A stretch of DNA of 64,000 nt, from IMG/VR virus record IMGVR_UViG_3300027503_000002. One strand, given 5' to 3'. The position numbers and the translations under genes were made by a program. The notes beneath the pieces are model-generated. The model made no database searches and was not told the DNA's origin. It saw only the letters and a list, made by a program, of their open reading frames with translations. Below, one piece after another: positions 49,394-58,434 of this stretch (positions are counted from its first letter, which is position 1; each line of letters starts with the position of its first letter). Source of the stretch: a virus.

Positions 49394-50296
49394 ATGCAAC
49401 TCGCACTTTGCTGCATCTCCAACGTCCTTGCTGACCAAGGTCATAAGTTCCAGACTATGACCCTTACTCGCTTTCTCAAGCTTCCCCGCGCAGAAGCTAT
49501 CAACACCGTAAGCGAGCGTATCCTCAACAACTTCCTTGTTACCAATCGCGTCATCCAGCACTGCGCTGACTCTGGCATCGCAGGCTATCGCCTCTCCTCT
49601 GCGCTCGTTCCCGTCATCTCTCACCCCATCGTCAACTTGCGCTTGCAGGACTTGCCCAACTGGTCCGACATTCGCGCTGCGCTCGACCAGATTGCAGCCA
49701 CTATCGTTCGTACCGGCGTTCGCGTTTCCGCTCACCCCTCCGAGTACATCACGCTCACCAGTCTCGATCCTACCGCCATCCGCAACAGCGTTGACGATCT
49801 CACTCAGCACGCTGACATCTTCGACCTTATCGGCTTGCCACAAGACTACCGTTCACCTCTCAACATCCATTGCCGTCAAGACGGCGACCCTGTAGAGATT
49901 TCACAACGTTTCCTGTCCGTCTTCCGTACCCTGCCTGCCAACGTTCGCAATCGTCTTGTCATCGAGGTCAACGACAACGTTAGCGGCACTTGGTCTATCC
50001 GTAACCTTTTTCAGTACTTCTACTTGACAGCAGGCATTCCTGTCACCTACGATTCGCTCCATCGCCAGTTCTGCAATCACGGCAACGATGACTCTGCTGA
50101 TTTCCATCTCGCTCATTCTACTTGGCCTACTACCCCTCTGTTTCATTACTCCGAGGGTGTCGATGGCACGCGCAAACACGCCGATATGCCCACAGGCATT
50201 CCCAATTCCTACGGCAAACCCGTGTTCTTCGACGTAGAACTCAAGTCCAAAGATCACGCCATTTTTCACATCCTCCAACAATGCAAAGCAAAATAG
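49394..50296 (+). CDS. uvsE: UV-damage endonuclease UvsE/UVDE
   Basis: YRLSS.L.P, RVSAHP, NIH, RL.IE.ND, P.TYD.LH, FHYSE, HAD, DVELK.KD; TTGACA at 49359. Confidence 0.92.
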   Translation: MQLALCCISNVLADQGHKFQTMTLTRFLKLPRAEAINTVSERILNNFLVTNRVIQHCADSGIAGYRLSSALVPVISHPIVNLRLQDLPNWSDIRAALDQIAATIVRTGVRVSAHPSEYITLTSLDPTAIRNSVDDLTQHADIFDLIGLPQDYRSPLNIHCRQDGDPVEISQRFLSVFRTLPANVRNRLVIEVNDNVSGTWSIRNLFQYFYLTAGIPVTYDSLHRQFCNHGNDDSADFHLAHSTWPTTPLFHYSEGVDGTRKHADMPTGIPNSYGKPVFFDVELKSKDHAIFHILQQCKAK

Positions 50297-50622
50297 ACAG
50301 TACAAAAGATAAGGTCGCCGCCTTTTTAATTGATAAAAATATCCCATTTGAAATTGCGCCGATCAACCTAGAGCACGAAAGCGAGAAGAAGTCCGTCACC
50401 GGCTACAAGGTAGTGATCGCCGCGCTCTCCAGCGTAATCGCGTGGAACTTCAAGTCACGCAAGGTCGAGTTCCTTGCGCTGAACGAGAACCTCATCCAGC
50501 ACCTTGTGTCGGAGGGAATGTCCGACGAGCAGATTATGGAGCAGGGTAAGGTGTGGATTCACATCAAGACCTTCGCCTCCTACAAGAAGTTTCTGACGCT
50601 GTGCGTCGAGCCAGCGAATTAA
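50281..50622 (+). CDS. hypothetical protein
   Basis: Start ATG 50281; codon style like neighbouring genes. Confidence 0.65.
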   Translation: MQSKIDSTKDKVAAFLIDKNIPFEIAPINLEHESEKKSVTGYKVVIAALSSVIAWNFKSRKVEFLALNENLIQHLVSEGMSDEQIMEQGKVWIHIKTFASYKKFLTLCVEPAN

Positions 50623-50633
50623 AACTAATTAAA

Positions 50634-50870
50634 ATGAATCGCCCAATCATCTATTCTTCCAAGAACGTTAACGACGTATACTGGGTCTACCAGCAGGCAA
50701 ATTCTGCTTTCCTCAAGCACTTCAAGCACCAAGGAGACTTCGCGATTTCGTTCACCAGCAAAGATCCGCTCTTCTCTTTGGCGGTTGAAGACCCTTCAGA
50801 AAACGAGTTTAAGTGGCTCACTGACAAAGTTTTAGAAATTCTCTCAGAAAAAGTTAAACAAACCGCTTGA
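50634..50870 (+). CDS. hypothetical protein
   Basis: Start ATG 50634 after an AT-rich spacer. Confidence 0.65.
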   Translation: MNRPIIYSSKNVNDVYWVYQQANSAFLKHFKHQGDFAISFTSKDPLFSLAVEDPSENEFKWLTDKVLEILSEKVKQTA

Positions 50871-50895
50871 CGGCAGGCAGGGAATCAACGATACT
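50867..50895 (+). promoter_or_regulatory. sigma70-like promoter for rIIA/rIIB
   Basis: TTGACG-N17-GATACT. Confidence 0.6.
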
Positions 50896-50915
50896 CTGCT
50901 CACCAAATTGCTCCA

Positions 50916-53081
50916 ATGATTGTTCAAACCATCCAGCGCAACGTTGTTGAATCCAGCGACTTCAAGTCTGAAATCGCTACTATCGATCCGCAGGAGATGC
51001 GCTACATCTCCTCGCTCCTCCGCAACAATTACTCCGAGCCGATTTTGGCTACGGTTCGCGAGACCGTTGCCAACGCCCTTGACGCCAACTCTGGCGCGAA
51101 TCGGCCCATCGAGATCACTTGCCCGAGCTTCCAAGACCCTGTTTTCAAGGTCCGCGATTTCGGCGCTGGCTTGTCTGAGGAAGACCTCTTTGGTCTTTAC
51201 ACCAAGTACGGTCGCTCCACCAAGCGCGACGACAACACTTGCATTGGTGGATTCGGTATCGGTCGCTTTGCTCCTCTGTCCTACACCGACACTTTCAACG
51301 TCGTTTCCCGTAACAACGGCAAGGAAGTGATCATCTCCGTCTACGTTGACGAGGAGGGTAACACTCGCTTCACCAAGCTTGGCGAGCAGGCTTGCACTGG
51401 CGAGAGCGGCTTGGAGATCATCGTTGCAGTGAAGATGGACAACCTGTCCGAATTCAAGGAGGCTATTGCTTACTGCACTTGTTTCCTCGACAAGGATTTC
51501 GTTCTGCACGGTATGCAGAAGATCGTCACGAACTGGACCGTTAAGACCGATTCTTGGGGGCACTTCAGTGAAGCAGAAAATGATGCAGATGGCAATCATC
51601 CTTGCCATCACGGCGCGAATGCCTTGCTTGTTATGGGCGGCGTTCCTTACCCTGTTGACCTTGGAACCTTGATCACTGTCGGGACTCAGGGCAAGATTGC
51701 CGAGTTCATCTCCGTGATTAATAATCGCGGCTACTCTGCTCGCAATTTCGTTTTCTTCGTTCCCGTTGGCTCTGTGTCCCTGCACCACTCTCGCGAGAGT
51801 CTGGAATACAACCCGCGCACCAAGTCCTTTTTAATTAATTTTTTTAACAAGGTTCAGTCCGAGATGCTGGAGGACTTCCAGAGCAATCTCAGCAAGTTTA
51901 ACGACTTCTCAGACTTCGTTGACGCGCAATCTAAAATCTGCGCCAACCCCATCTTTCGGACGATTGCTAATCGGGAGTTCGTTTTCACTTCAGCTTCCGG
52001 TCAGACCTTCAAGTCGAACTGCTTGCAGAAGGTCAATGACATTCTGATTGCAGCCTTCTCCCAAAACATCCGCAGGCGTCGTTCTAGCTCCTCTGCTTTC
52101 AAGCGGATCAACCTTACCAAGGAGAACATTTACATCGAGGACATTTTTGACTCCAAGGCAAACAACTATCTCTTGGTAGCCGACGAGCGCAGTTATATGA
52201 ACTGCATCAATTGGATCTTTGCCGAAAAGCCTTTTGAGTTCAATAACATCTTCGTTGTCTCCAAGGAAAACGCTGAGAAGACCCTTCTCATCAACCACAC
52301 CAAGAGCAAGAATATCCTGTTCGTTTCTAAGACCTCCAAGATCGTTCGTCCCAAGGCTGGAGCGACAGATGTCTTGAGGCTTTGGAAGACTGGCGATTCT
52401 CTCTACGGCAATCATTACGTTAAAACCACAGCGCCGAGCGAGGATTTCCATTATGTTCTGATTGACAGGAACAACAGCAAGCACCCTAGCAATCACGAAA
52501 TTACTTTCGGTCGTTCCCGCCTTCATCTGAAGAGCAGCAGCCTCTATCACTTTATCATTGAAACCTCAAATAAGCTTGGCATCAAAATCGATGCTCTCTA
52601 CGGGATTTATAACGAATTAAATCTCCCGCCTAACGCCAAGAACCTCTTCACTGAGTTTTCGGATAAGTTCAAGGCTCTGGCGAAGAAGAACGAGGATATT
52701 CTCGCCAAGAAAGCTGGGGCTCTGCACTACAGGTCGCTGCTTGAGCGTTCAATGTCGAACACTAGCAACACTGTGTTCCGGCTTGACTTGTCCGCCTCGT
52801 TGGGCAAAGACCATCCCCTCTCCAAGATCGGGGCTAAGGCTTTCGACAGGGTTTCCTACAGCGATGACCTTCAAGAGAAGGAAATCGATTTGATCTCCAG
52901 TATCACCAGCAAGGGCACTTTCGAGATGGAAGACCTTCCCGTCGATCAGAAGAAGATCGAGAATGAAGTTATGTTTGTGGTCAACAAGTACCCGATGCTG
53001 AAGCATCTTGGCTGGAGTCACGGTGCAGAAGCCTCAACCGACATCATCAACTACATCAAGTTTATCGATCAGCACTCTTGA
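50916..53081 (+). CDS. rIIA: rIIA-like protein (GHKL ATPase N-terminus)
   Basis: YS.PI.A.VRE.V.NA.DA, RDFG.GL, STKR..N..IGGFGIG, SRESL; adjacent to rIIB. Confidence 0.88.
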   Translation: MIVQTIQRNVVESSDFKSEIATIDPQEMRYISSLLRNNYSEPILATVRETVANALDANSGANRPIEITCPSFQDPVFKVRDFGAGLSEEDLFGLYTKYGRSTKRDDNTCIGGFGIGRFAPLSYTDTFNVVSRNNGKEVIISVYVDEEGNTRFTKLGEQACTGESGLEIIVAVKMDNLSEFKEAIAYCTCFLDKDFVLHGMQKIVTNWTVKTDSWGHFSEAENDADGNHPCHHGANALLVMGGVPYPVDLGTLITVGTQGKIAEFISVINNRGYSARNFVFFVPVGSVSLHHSRESLEYNPRTKSFLINFFNKVQSEMLEDFQSNLSKFNDFSDFVDAQSKICANPIFRTIANREFVFTSASGQTFKSNCLQKVNDILIAAFSQNIRRRRSSSSAFKRINLTKENIYIEDIFDSKANNYLLVADERSYMNCINWIFAEKPFEFNNIFVVSKENAEKTLLINHTKSKNILFVSKTSKIVRPKAGATDVLRLWKTGDSLYGNHYVKTTAPSEDFHYVLIDRNNSKHPSNHEITFGRSRLHLKSSSLYHFIIETSNKLGIKIDALYGIYNELNLPPNAKNLFTEFSDKFKALAKKNEDILAKKAGALHYRSLLERSMSNTSNTVFRLDLSASLGKDHPLSKIGAKAFDRVSYSDDLQEKEIDLISSITSKGTFEMEDLPVDQKKIENEVMFVVNKYPMLKHLGWSHGAEASTDIINYIKFIDQHS

Positions 53082-53120
53082 TATTTTCCCATCAACCCAT
53101 AACATACAATACCTAGTATT

Positions 53121-54212
53121 ATGAATAAGCCCGCCTACATTATGCGCGACGAGTCTATCACGGTCATCGTGGAGAATCGTCCTTACACGGTCGAGAAGAC
53201 GCACCCGAACTTCCTTCCTCTCCGTAAGGCTTTGCTGAATGGAGACTACAGCGACATTCCGAACCTCGTTTCGGTGCCGCACGTTATCAAGAATATGACT
53301 CGCGGCTCGATCCGTATCGAGAACGAGAAAGTGTTCTACAAGAACCATCAGCTTCACGGCGTCGTTGTGAACAAGCTGATCGAGATGCTGAAGGCTGGCG
53401 CGACTGACGCTGACCCTCTCCTGCTCTTCATCGAGCGTCTGATGGCGAATCCTTCCGCCAACTCTGTCAACGAGCTTTACACGTTCCTGTCTTACAAGAA
53501 CTTGCCGATCACTCCCGCTGGAACTTTCTTGGCCTACAAGGGGGTTAAAAATGATTTTTATTCCCGTCAGGCCAACAAGGACACTATCGTTGTGCAGGGC
53601 AAGACGGACTCCACTGGCGCCATCTTCAATGGTGTCGGTGAGACCATCGAGGTTGCTCGCCGCTCGGTCGATGACGTTAAGGACAATCACTGCTCCTTTG
53701 GCCTGCACGTAGGCAGCTACGATTACGCGAACAACTGGGCTGGCAATGACGGTCGTCTGTTGCTGGTGGAGGTCGATCCCGCTGATGCTGTCAGCGTGCC
53801 GACTGACGCCAACTTCCAGAAGCTCCGCACCGCTCGCTACAAGGTCGTTGCCGACATCACTCCCGAGCGCAAGGAGATTCCCGATGCGGTCTACAACTAC
53901 AGCGATGACTGCGATGGCTGCGACGAGACTTGCGAAGGCTGCGAGTCTGAGACCAGCTACGACAAGATGTTCAATGAACTCAACGCCGAACACGACGAAG
54001 ACTTCATCAACCTCAAGATTCGCAACTACATCGAGAACTCCATCGAGGCTGGCACTCACCCCAGCATCAAGCAGATCCAGAGCCGGATGAAGAATTACTC
54101 TCTGTCCTGCGAAGTGATCGAGGAGATCGTCACCGAGGAACTCGGCTACCGAGTCACCAGCGATGACGGTTCCGATAGCTACAGCAGCCTGCTCGTTTAC
54201 CATAACTTCTGA
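53121..54212 (+). CDS. rIIB: rIIB-like protein
   Basis: L..NPS..SV.ELY.FL....LPIT..G.FLAYK, CS.GLH.G..DYA, V.V.P.D.VSVP.D....K.R..RY.VV. Confidence 0.9.
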   Translation: MNKPAYIMRDESITVIVENRPYTVEKTHPNFLPLRKALLNGDYSDIPNLVSVPHVIKNMTRGSIRIENEKVFYKNHQLHGVVVNKLIEMLKAGATDADPLLLFIERLMANPSANSVNELYTFLSYKNLPITPAGTFLAYKGVKNDFYSRQANKDTIVVQGKTDSTGAIFNGVGETIEVARRSVDDVKDNHCSFGLHVGSYDYANNWAGNDGRLLLVEVDPADAVSVPTDANFQKLRTARYKVVADITPERKEIPDAVYNYSDDCDGCDETCEGCESETSYDKMFNELNAEHDEDFINLKIRNYIENSIEAGTHPSIKQIQSRMKNYSLSCEVIEEIVTEELGYRVTSDDGSDSYSSLLVYHNF

Positions 54213-54217
54213 TAAAT

Positions 54218-54475
54218 ATGCTCAACAATCCACTCGTACAAAAGCTGTCTAACGCCAGCGAAACCGAACTTGATGTTGCCTTTGCGCTCCTCAAGTACAA
54301 GGAAATTGGTATCTACCGCAAAATCAAGGGGCTCTGCCTCGCATTCGGTCTGAATTTTGAGGAGGTTATCAAGATTCTTCCGCAGGAGAATGGCCGACTT
54401 CTCGACAGAGAAACACGCCATTACATCCACGACTTTATGCTGGCACGCGCAAAGGAGTTTCACACAAAGAACTAA
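54218..54475 (+). CDS. hypothetical protein
   Basis: Packed ORF, TAATG coupled. Confidence 0.7.
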   Translation: MLNNPLVQKLSNASETELDVAFALLKYKEIGIYRKIKGLCLAFGLNFEEVIKILPQENGRLLDRETRHYIHDFMLARAKEFHTKN

Positions 54476-54783
54476 TGGATACCGTAACTTATCTCACCAA
54501 GGATGTTGAGACCAACAAGAACTGGCTTGAGGTCTGGTCGATTGAAGCTGACGGCTCTCTGAAGACTTGCGTAAATTTTTACGATATGGCTTTCGAGAAC
54601 GTCGCAGCTTGGGTCGCCAACTGCTTCCGCCTAGAGTCTGACCGGACTGACGAAGACCTTGTGGTTGTTCACGCCTACAAGGACGAAAAGAACGAGATGG
54701 TCAGGGAGATCATCCCGATCAACCCTGAGACTCCGGTCTTCCAGAGCGTCAAAAAGTTCCGCGCCACCCTCATTAAGAATTAA
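54475..54783 (+). CDS. hypothetical protein
   Basis: Packed ORF. Confidence 0.7.
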   Translation: MDTVTYLTKDVETNKNWLEVWSIEADGSLKTCVNFYDMAFENVAAWVANCFRLESDRTDEDLVVVHAYKDEKNEMVREIIPINPETPVFQSVKKFRATLIKN

Positions 54784-54788
54784 TTAAA

Positions 54789-55124
54789 ATGAACCGCACC
54801 GAGCTATTCGCCCATCACGCCGAGCTTTGCAAGAAAGCGTTCAGCATAATGCAAGCGAAGAACAATGATTATGCTGGCAGTAAGGGAGACAACCCATTCG
54901 CCAACTTCCAACGCTGCGAGTCTATGGGCGTCTGCTCGGTAGAGCAGGGCTTTCTGGTGCGAATTGTGGATAAGGTCTCGCGCCTGTCCACGTTCGCAGC
55001 AGATGGCAAGCTGATGGTTCCTAATGAGAGCTATGAGGACGCGATCCTCGACATTATGAACTACTGCGTTCTGATGTCAGCTTACGTCAAGGACAAGAAG
55101 ACCAAGCTATCAAACGATAGCTGA
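54789..55124 (+). CDS. DUF1599/nucleotide-modification-associated helical protein
   Basis: KNNDYA....NPFANF, VRI.DK.SRL, ES..DAI.DI.NY. Confidence 0.7.
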   Translation: MNRTELFAHHAELCKKAFSIMQAKNNDYAGSKGDNPFANFQRCESMGVCSVEQGFLVRIVDKVSRLSTFAADGKLMVPNESYEDAILDIMNYCVLMSAYVKDKKTKLSNDS

Positions 55125-55373
55125 ACCAACGAATCGATAACCAGCATCATAAGGCTGAACTAGTAAACCTGTGGGTAGGTTCAGCTTTATGATCTTGCTG
55201 TTGTATTCCCTGATCAGGTGATCGTTGAAATCCTGATAGGTGCTAGATCCAGTTGCGTTATAGCCAGTTGCGGAGTACAAACCAGTAATTTCGGCCCGAT
55301 AAGCTACCCAAGCACCGGACGTTACGGTATAATCGTTATGAATCTCTGCTTGAAGAAGGCGCGGGCTGTCCAT
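55110..55373 (-). CDS. lone antisense late-type gene
   Basis: 87 aa; minus-strand AGTGTAATA (55382-55387) 8 nt before its ATG; TSG/TG-rich like the tail proteins. Confidence 0.7.
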   Translation of the reverse strand: MDSPRLLQAEIHNDYTVTSGAWVAYRAEITGLYSATGYNATGSSTYQDFNDHLIREYNSKIIKLNLPTGLLVQPYDAGYRFVGSAIV

Positions 55374-55390
55374 ATATTTTATTACACTTA

Positions 55391-55471
55391 ATGTCAGTTT
55401 TCAGTATTCTTTTATTTATTGTTTTTACCATATACTTGCTACAAAAACCTAATCACTTCATCAACAAATGA
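55391..55471 (+). CDS. 26-aa hydrophobic peptide
   Basis: MSVFSILLFIVFTIYLLQKPNHFINK, with ATGA overlap into 55468; not in the ORF track. Confidence 0.4.
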   Translation: MSVFSILLFIVFTIYLLQKPNHFINK

Positions 55472-55821
55472 ACACCAGAAAGATTCTCATAAATGCGGAC
55501 TACGGAGGGTTCGATCTCTCGGAGCAAGCTTGCGAGCTTTACCTTAGTAAGAAAAACCTTGCGTTTTCCAAGATTCCAAGAGAAAACCCTCTGTTTGGCA
55601 ACAAGTGTTCGTTCCAAGTTGGAGGCGACTACTGGTCTGCCTACAAAGTTCAGCGCGATGATCCAGTCCTAATCGAAGTTGTCGAAGAGCTTGGCTTGGA
55701 GAAGTCTGCTGGCGTGTTTGCCTCGCTGAAGATTGTGGAGATTCCCCTTGACGTTGAGTGGGAGATTTTTGAGTATGACGGCGTCGAGGAGATTCACGAA
55801 AAAAAGCGCAAGTGGAGCTAA
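55468..55821 (+). CDS. conserved hypothetical phage protein
   Basis: IN..YGGF.LS, RDDP.L..VVEELG, LKIVEIP....W.I.EYDG.E. Confidence 0.8.
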   Translation: MNTRKILINADYGGFDLSEQACELYLSKKNLAFSKIPRENPLFGNKCSFQVGGDYWSAYKVQRDDPVLIEVVEELGLEKSAGVFASLKIVEIPLDVEWEIFEYDGVEEIHEKKRKWS

Positions 55822-55822
55822 T

Positions 55823-56041
55823 ATGTCCGAAGACGCCCATTCAGACCAGATGACAATCGTGATTTGCCAATGCTGCGAATCACAGTTCAGTCCCCAAGTT
55901 GAGCAAGTTCGTCAAGACGTTGACTTAGGTTACGTCTGCTCGGACTGCTTCATCCAACTCAGATGGGCTGGAGCGCGCCTCAAGGTCGCGACAATGAACC
56001 GCTGCACCAAGGCTCACAACAGCAGGGGCAACAACATTTAA
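55823..56041 (+). CDS. small Zn-finger protein
   Basis: CQCC...VCSDC. Confidence 0.6.
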   Translation: MSEDAHSDQMTIVICQCCESQFSPQVEQVRQDVDLGYVCSDCFIQLRWAGARLKVATMNRCTKAHNSRGNNI

Positions 56042-56042
56042 A

Positions 56043-56345
56043 ATGAATTTTAAACCACTCCCCGAGGAACTGACCAATCACGGGTACAAGATGAAGATGG
56101 TAAAGCGCACTGATCTGGTCGCAATGTATTCCAAGTGCGGCGGCTTTGAGGTCGTTGCTGTTCAACGCCACAACGGCTATGAGATCAAGGGCGTCAAGGT
56201 CGAGCCTGCCGAATATCTCCCCAAGGACGAAGACTTTGGGACAAAGGGCTGGTTCTTCTCTGGTCCGAATGGCCGCGAAATGGCGGAAGAAAAGTTCTCC
56301 GAATTGCAAAAAAGCCTCTTGACTAAGAGCAAGCTTTCTGATTAA
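56043..56345 (+). CDS. hypothetical protein
   Basis: FEV...E.LP..EDFG..GW motif. Confidence 0.7.
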   Translation: MNFKPLPEELTNHGYKMKMVKRTDLVAMYSKCGGFEVVAVQRHNGYEIKGVKVEPAEYLPKDEDFGTKGWFFSGPNGREMAEEKFSELQKSLLTKSKLSD

Positions 56346-56383
56346 CTCTCAGCGTCAAATCAACCTAGTCTCACCTACTAACT

Positions 56384-56752
56384 ATGTTCTACACAATCGC
56401 AAACGAAGATCCGGTAGTCACGACGGTTCCAAACGACTACTTTTCCACTACGTTCTCCGCAACTCGACGGCACAAGGGTATCCACGTTTACATCTTGGAT
56501 AACAAGGATCAGAGAATCGGCGTCCTTGCCGTCACTGATGGCTACTATGACGACAAGAACGTTGTGATTGGCTGGTCTCTCTGCAACTTCACCGCAGGCG
56601 ACCGCTTCGACACTGAGCTTGGTCTGAAGATCGCCTACGAGCGTTCTGCCAAGCACTCCATCGCGCCGCTCCCGATGTCCATTCTTCCCCGCTACGAGGC
56701 TTTCCTCCATCGCGTGAAGAAGTATTACAAGAATAAAACGGTTATTTGCTAA
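56384..56752 (+). CDS. hypothetical protein
   Basis: IGWSLC...D.FD...G..IA..R; TTGACT at 56319 upstream. Confidence 0.75.
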   Translation: MFYTIANEDPVVTTVPNDYFSTTFSATRRHKGIHVYILDNKDQRIGVLAVTDGYYDDKNVVIGWSLCNFTAGDRFDTELGLKIAYERSAKHSIAPLPMSILPRYEAFLHRVKKYYKNKTVIC

Positions 56753-56770
56753 CCTAGAGCCTCACCTAAA

Positions 56771-57016
56771 ATGGACGAGAACGCGCCAATCGCCCAAGCG
56801 GCGTCTGACTCTTACGGCGACGGTTCACCTTCCGCCGCCGCAACGTCCGTCATCCAAACCTACAACTACATCTTCCAGAAGTACCGCAGGGAATTTGAGG
56901 AGTCGTTGACCTACGACGAGACCAAGGACCGTAAGTACCAGAAGGAGATGCGAAAGCTTGCGAGAGAAAGGCAACGTCAAGCTGAGATCGATCAGATTGA
57001 AAAAGATCGCGGCTAG
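56771..57016 (+). CDS. hypothetical protein
   Basis: 81-aa ORF before the tRNA. Confidence 0.6.
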   Translation: MDENAPIAQAASDSYGDGSPSAAATSVIQTYNYIFQKYRREFEESLTYDETKDRKYQKEMRKLARERQRQAEIDQIEKDRG

Positions 57017-57035
57017 TTTTTATTAATTATTTTTC

Positions 57036-57110
57036 GTCTCTATAGTTTAACGGATAAAACCGTGGATTTCTAATCCACTAATCAGGGTTCGATTCCCTGT
57101 GGAGACGCCA
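57036..57110 (+). tRNA. tRNA-Arg(TCT)
   Basis: Acceptor GTCTCTA/TGGAGAC, anticodon arm GTGGA-TTTCTAA-TCCAC, GGTTCGATTCC, encoded CCA. Confidence 0.93.
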
Positions 57111-57117
57111 AATTTCA

Positions 57118-57657
57118 GTGCAGCACATCTGTTTAAATTGCAAGACAGAGTTTGTTAACTCTGACAAACGAAGTAAGTTTTGTAAGCAATCCTGCGCTGC
57201 GGTTTACAACAACAAGCTTTTTCCAAAAAGGAAAAGGCTGCGTAAATGCAAGAATTGTGATAACCTTGTCAAATCTGGCCGAACTTATTGCGAGACCTGT
57301 GTTTCTAAAAAAATCCATTTTTGTAAAAACGGAATGATTAAAAATGGATTGATCGAGGACAGAACTCTTGAAGAAGAAGTTTTCTTAAAAAAGCACAGAG
57401 GCGCTAACAGATACGACCACATCAGACAGCACGCCCAGCGTGTAATGAAAGACGAAAAACGCGCCTGCCAGTGCGGTTACGACAAGCACGTTGAAGTTTG
57501 CCACATAAAAGCCATAAGGGACTTCGATTTAAAAACAAAAATAAAAGACATTAACTCAAAGGAGAATCTCGTTCTCCTATGCCCCAACTGCCACTGGGAG
57601 TTTGACAATGGACTTTTGACCCTAAAAAATGTTGGTAATTCGCAGAGCAACGCTTGA
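57118..57657 (+). CDS. HNH endonuclease with Zn-finger repeats
   Basis: CLNC, FCKQSC, C..C, HVEVCHIK...NL.LLCPNCHWEFD; directly after tRNA-Arg. Confidence 0.88.
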   Translation: MQHICLNCKTEFVNSDKRSKFCKQSCAAVYNNKLFPKRKRLRKCKNCDNLVKSGRTYCETCVSKKIHFCKNGMIKNGLIEDRTLEEEVFLKKHRGANRYDHIRQHAQRVMKDEKRACQCGYDKHVEVCHIKAIRDFDLKTKIKDINSKENLVLLCPNCHWEFDNGLLTLKNVGNSQSNA

Positions 57658-57807
57658 CAGACGATCCTACACTGTGATAATGTTAAGGGGCGAAGAGCCA
57701 AAGTGGATTCCAACAACTGACTACGAGCACCAACGAATTTTAGAAATCTACAAGCAAGATAGACGCTACGACGGCATCCTTAACGACTTTTCAGACTACG
57801 ACATCAA

Positions 57808-58032
57808 ATGAATATCAAAAAAGGTTTTGTAATCGAGTTCAACGTGCGGGGCGACAATGGGAAAAAGTATCCAAACTCCGTGATGACGAGCGAAGAATTT
57901 GGCACAGAAGTGTTCAATGACTTGACAGAAGGCGAGCAAGCTGGTAGTGTATCTACAGACAGAGATATTGAAGGCATCGTTGGCTTCAACACCCCTGTCA
58001 AATACGACCGCGCATTCGTTATTTTAAATTAA
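57808..58032 (+). CDS. hypothetical protein
   Basis: 74-aa ORF between the HNH gene and a tRNA. Confidence 0.55.
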   Translation: MNIKKGFVIEFNVRGDNGKKYPNSVMTSEEFGTEVFNDLTEGEQAGSVSTDRDIEGIVGFNTPVKYDRAFVILN

Positions 58033-58038
58033 TTTTAT

Positions 58039-58115
58039 CGTCCCATAGCTCAATTGGTTAGAGCAAGCTCTTTATAAGGGCTAGGTTCTGGGTTCAAGCC
58101 CCAGTGGGACCACCA
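58039..58115 (+). tRNA. tRNA-Ile(TAT)
   Basis: D arm GCTC..GAGC, anticodon arm AGCTC-TTTATAA-GGGCT, CTGGG-TTCAAGC-CCCAG, ACCA; C1:C72 mismatch. Confidence 0.88.
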
Positions 58116-58123
58116 ATTTCACA

Positions 58124-58348
58124 ATGTCTTACGTTCAATTAACTGAAGCCCAACTCTATGACCTTGGAAGTCGCGGTTTACCGTATGACGACAGGAATAT
58201 TCTGAGGCTTCATATCCTGCATCTTCGTCACGAACACGATATGAATGTTCGTGATATTGCGAAGAGGATGGGAATGAAAATGAAGACGGTACAAAAGTAT
58301 TTGAAGTCCGATTCTGTCGAATTGCAAAAGTTTAGACCTGAGTTTTAA
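58124..58348 (+). CDS. small HTH protein
   Basis: MNVRDIAKRMGM..KTVQKYL. Confidence 0.7.
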   Translation: MSYVQLTEAQLYDLGSRGLPYDDRNILRLHILHLRHEHDMNVRDIAKRMGMKMKTVQKYLKSDSVELQKFRPEF

Positions 58349-58354
58349 AATTTC

Positions 58355-58429
58355 GGTGCTATAGCTCAATGGTAGAGCAGCGTCCTTTTAAGTCGTTGGT
58401 TCTGGGTTCAAATCCCAGTGGCACCACCA
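58355..58429 (+). tRNA. tRNA-Lys(TTT)
   Basis: GGTGCTA/TGGCACC, anticodon loop CTTTTAA (one T:T mismatch in the stem), GGTTCAAATCC, ACCA. Confidence 0.9.
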
Positions 58430-58434
58430 ATTTT

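Noticed and set aside
53034-54203. 389-aa minus-strand ORF (also 50844-51788 and 49331-49843)
   Set aside because: Shadow frames antisense to rIIB, rIIA and uvsE, explained by their C-ending codon bias; no recognisable motifs.
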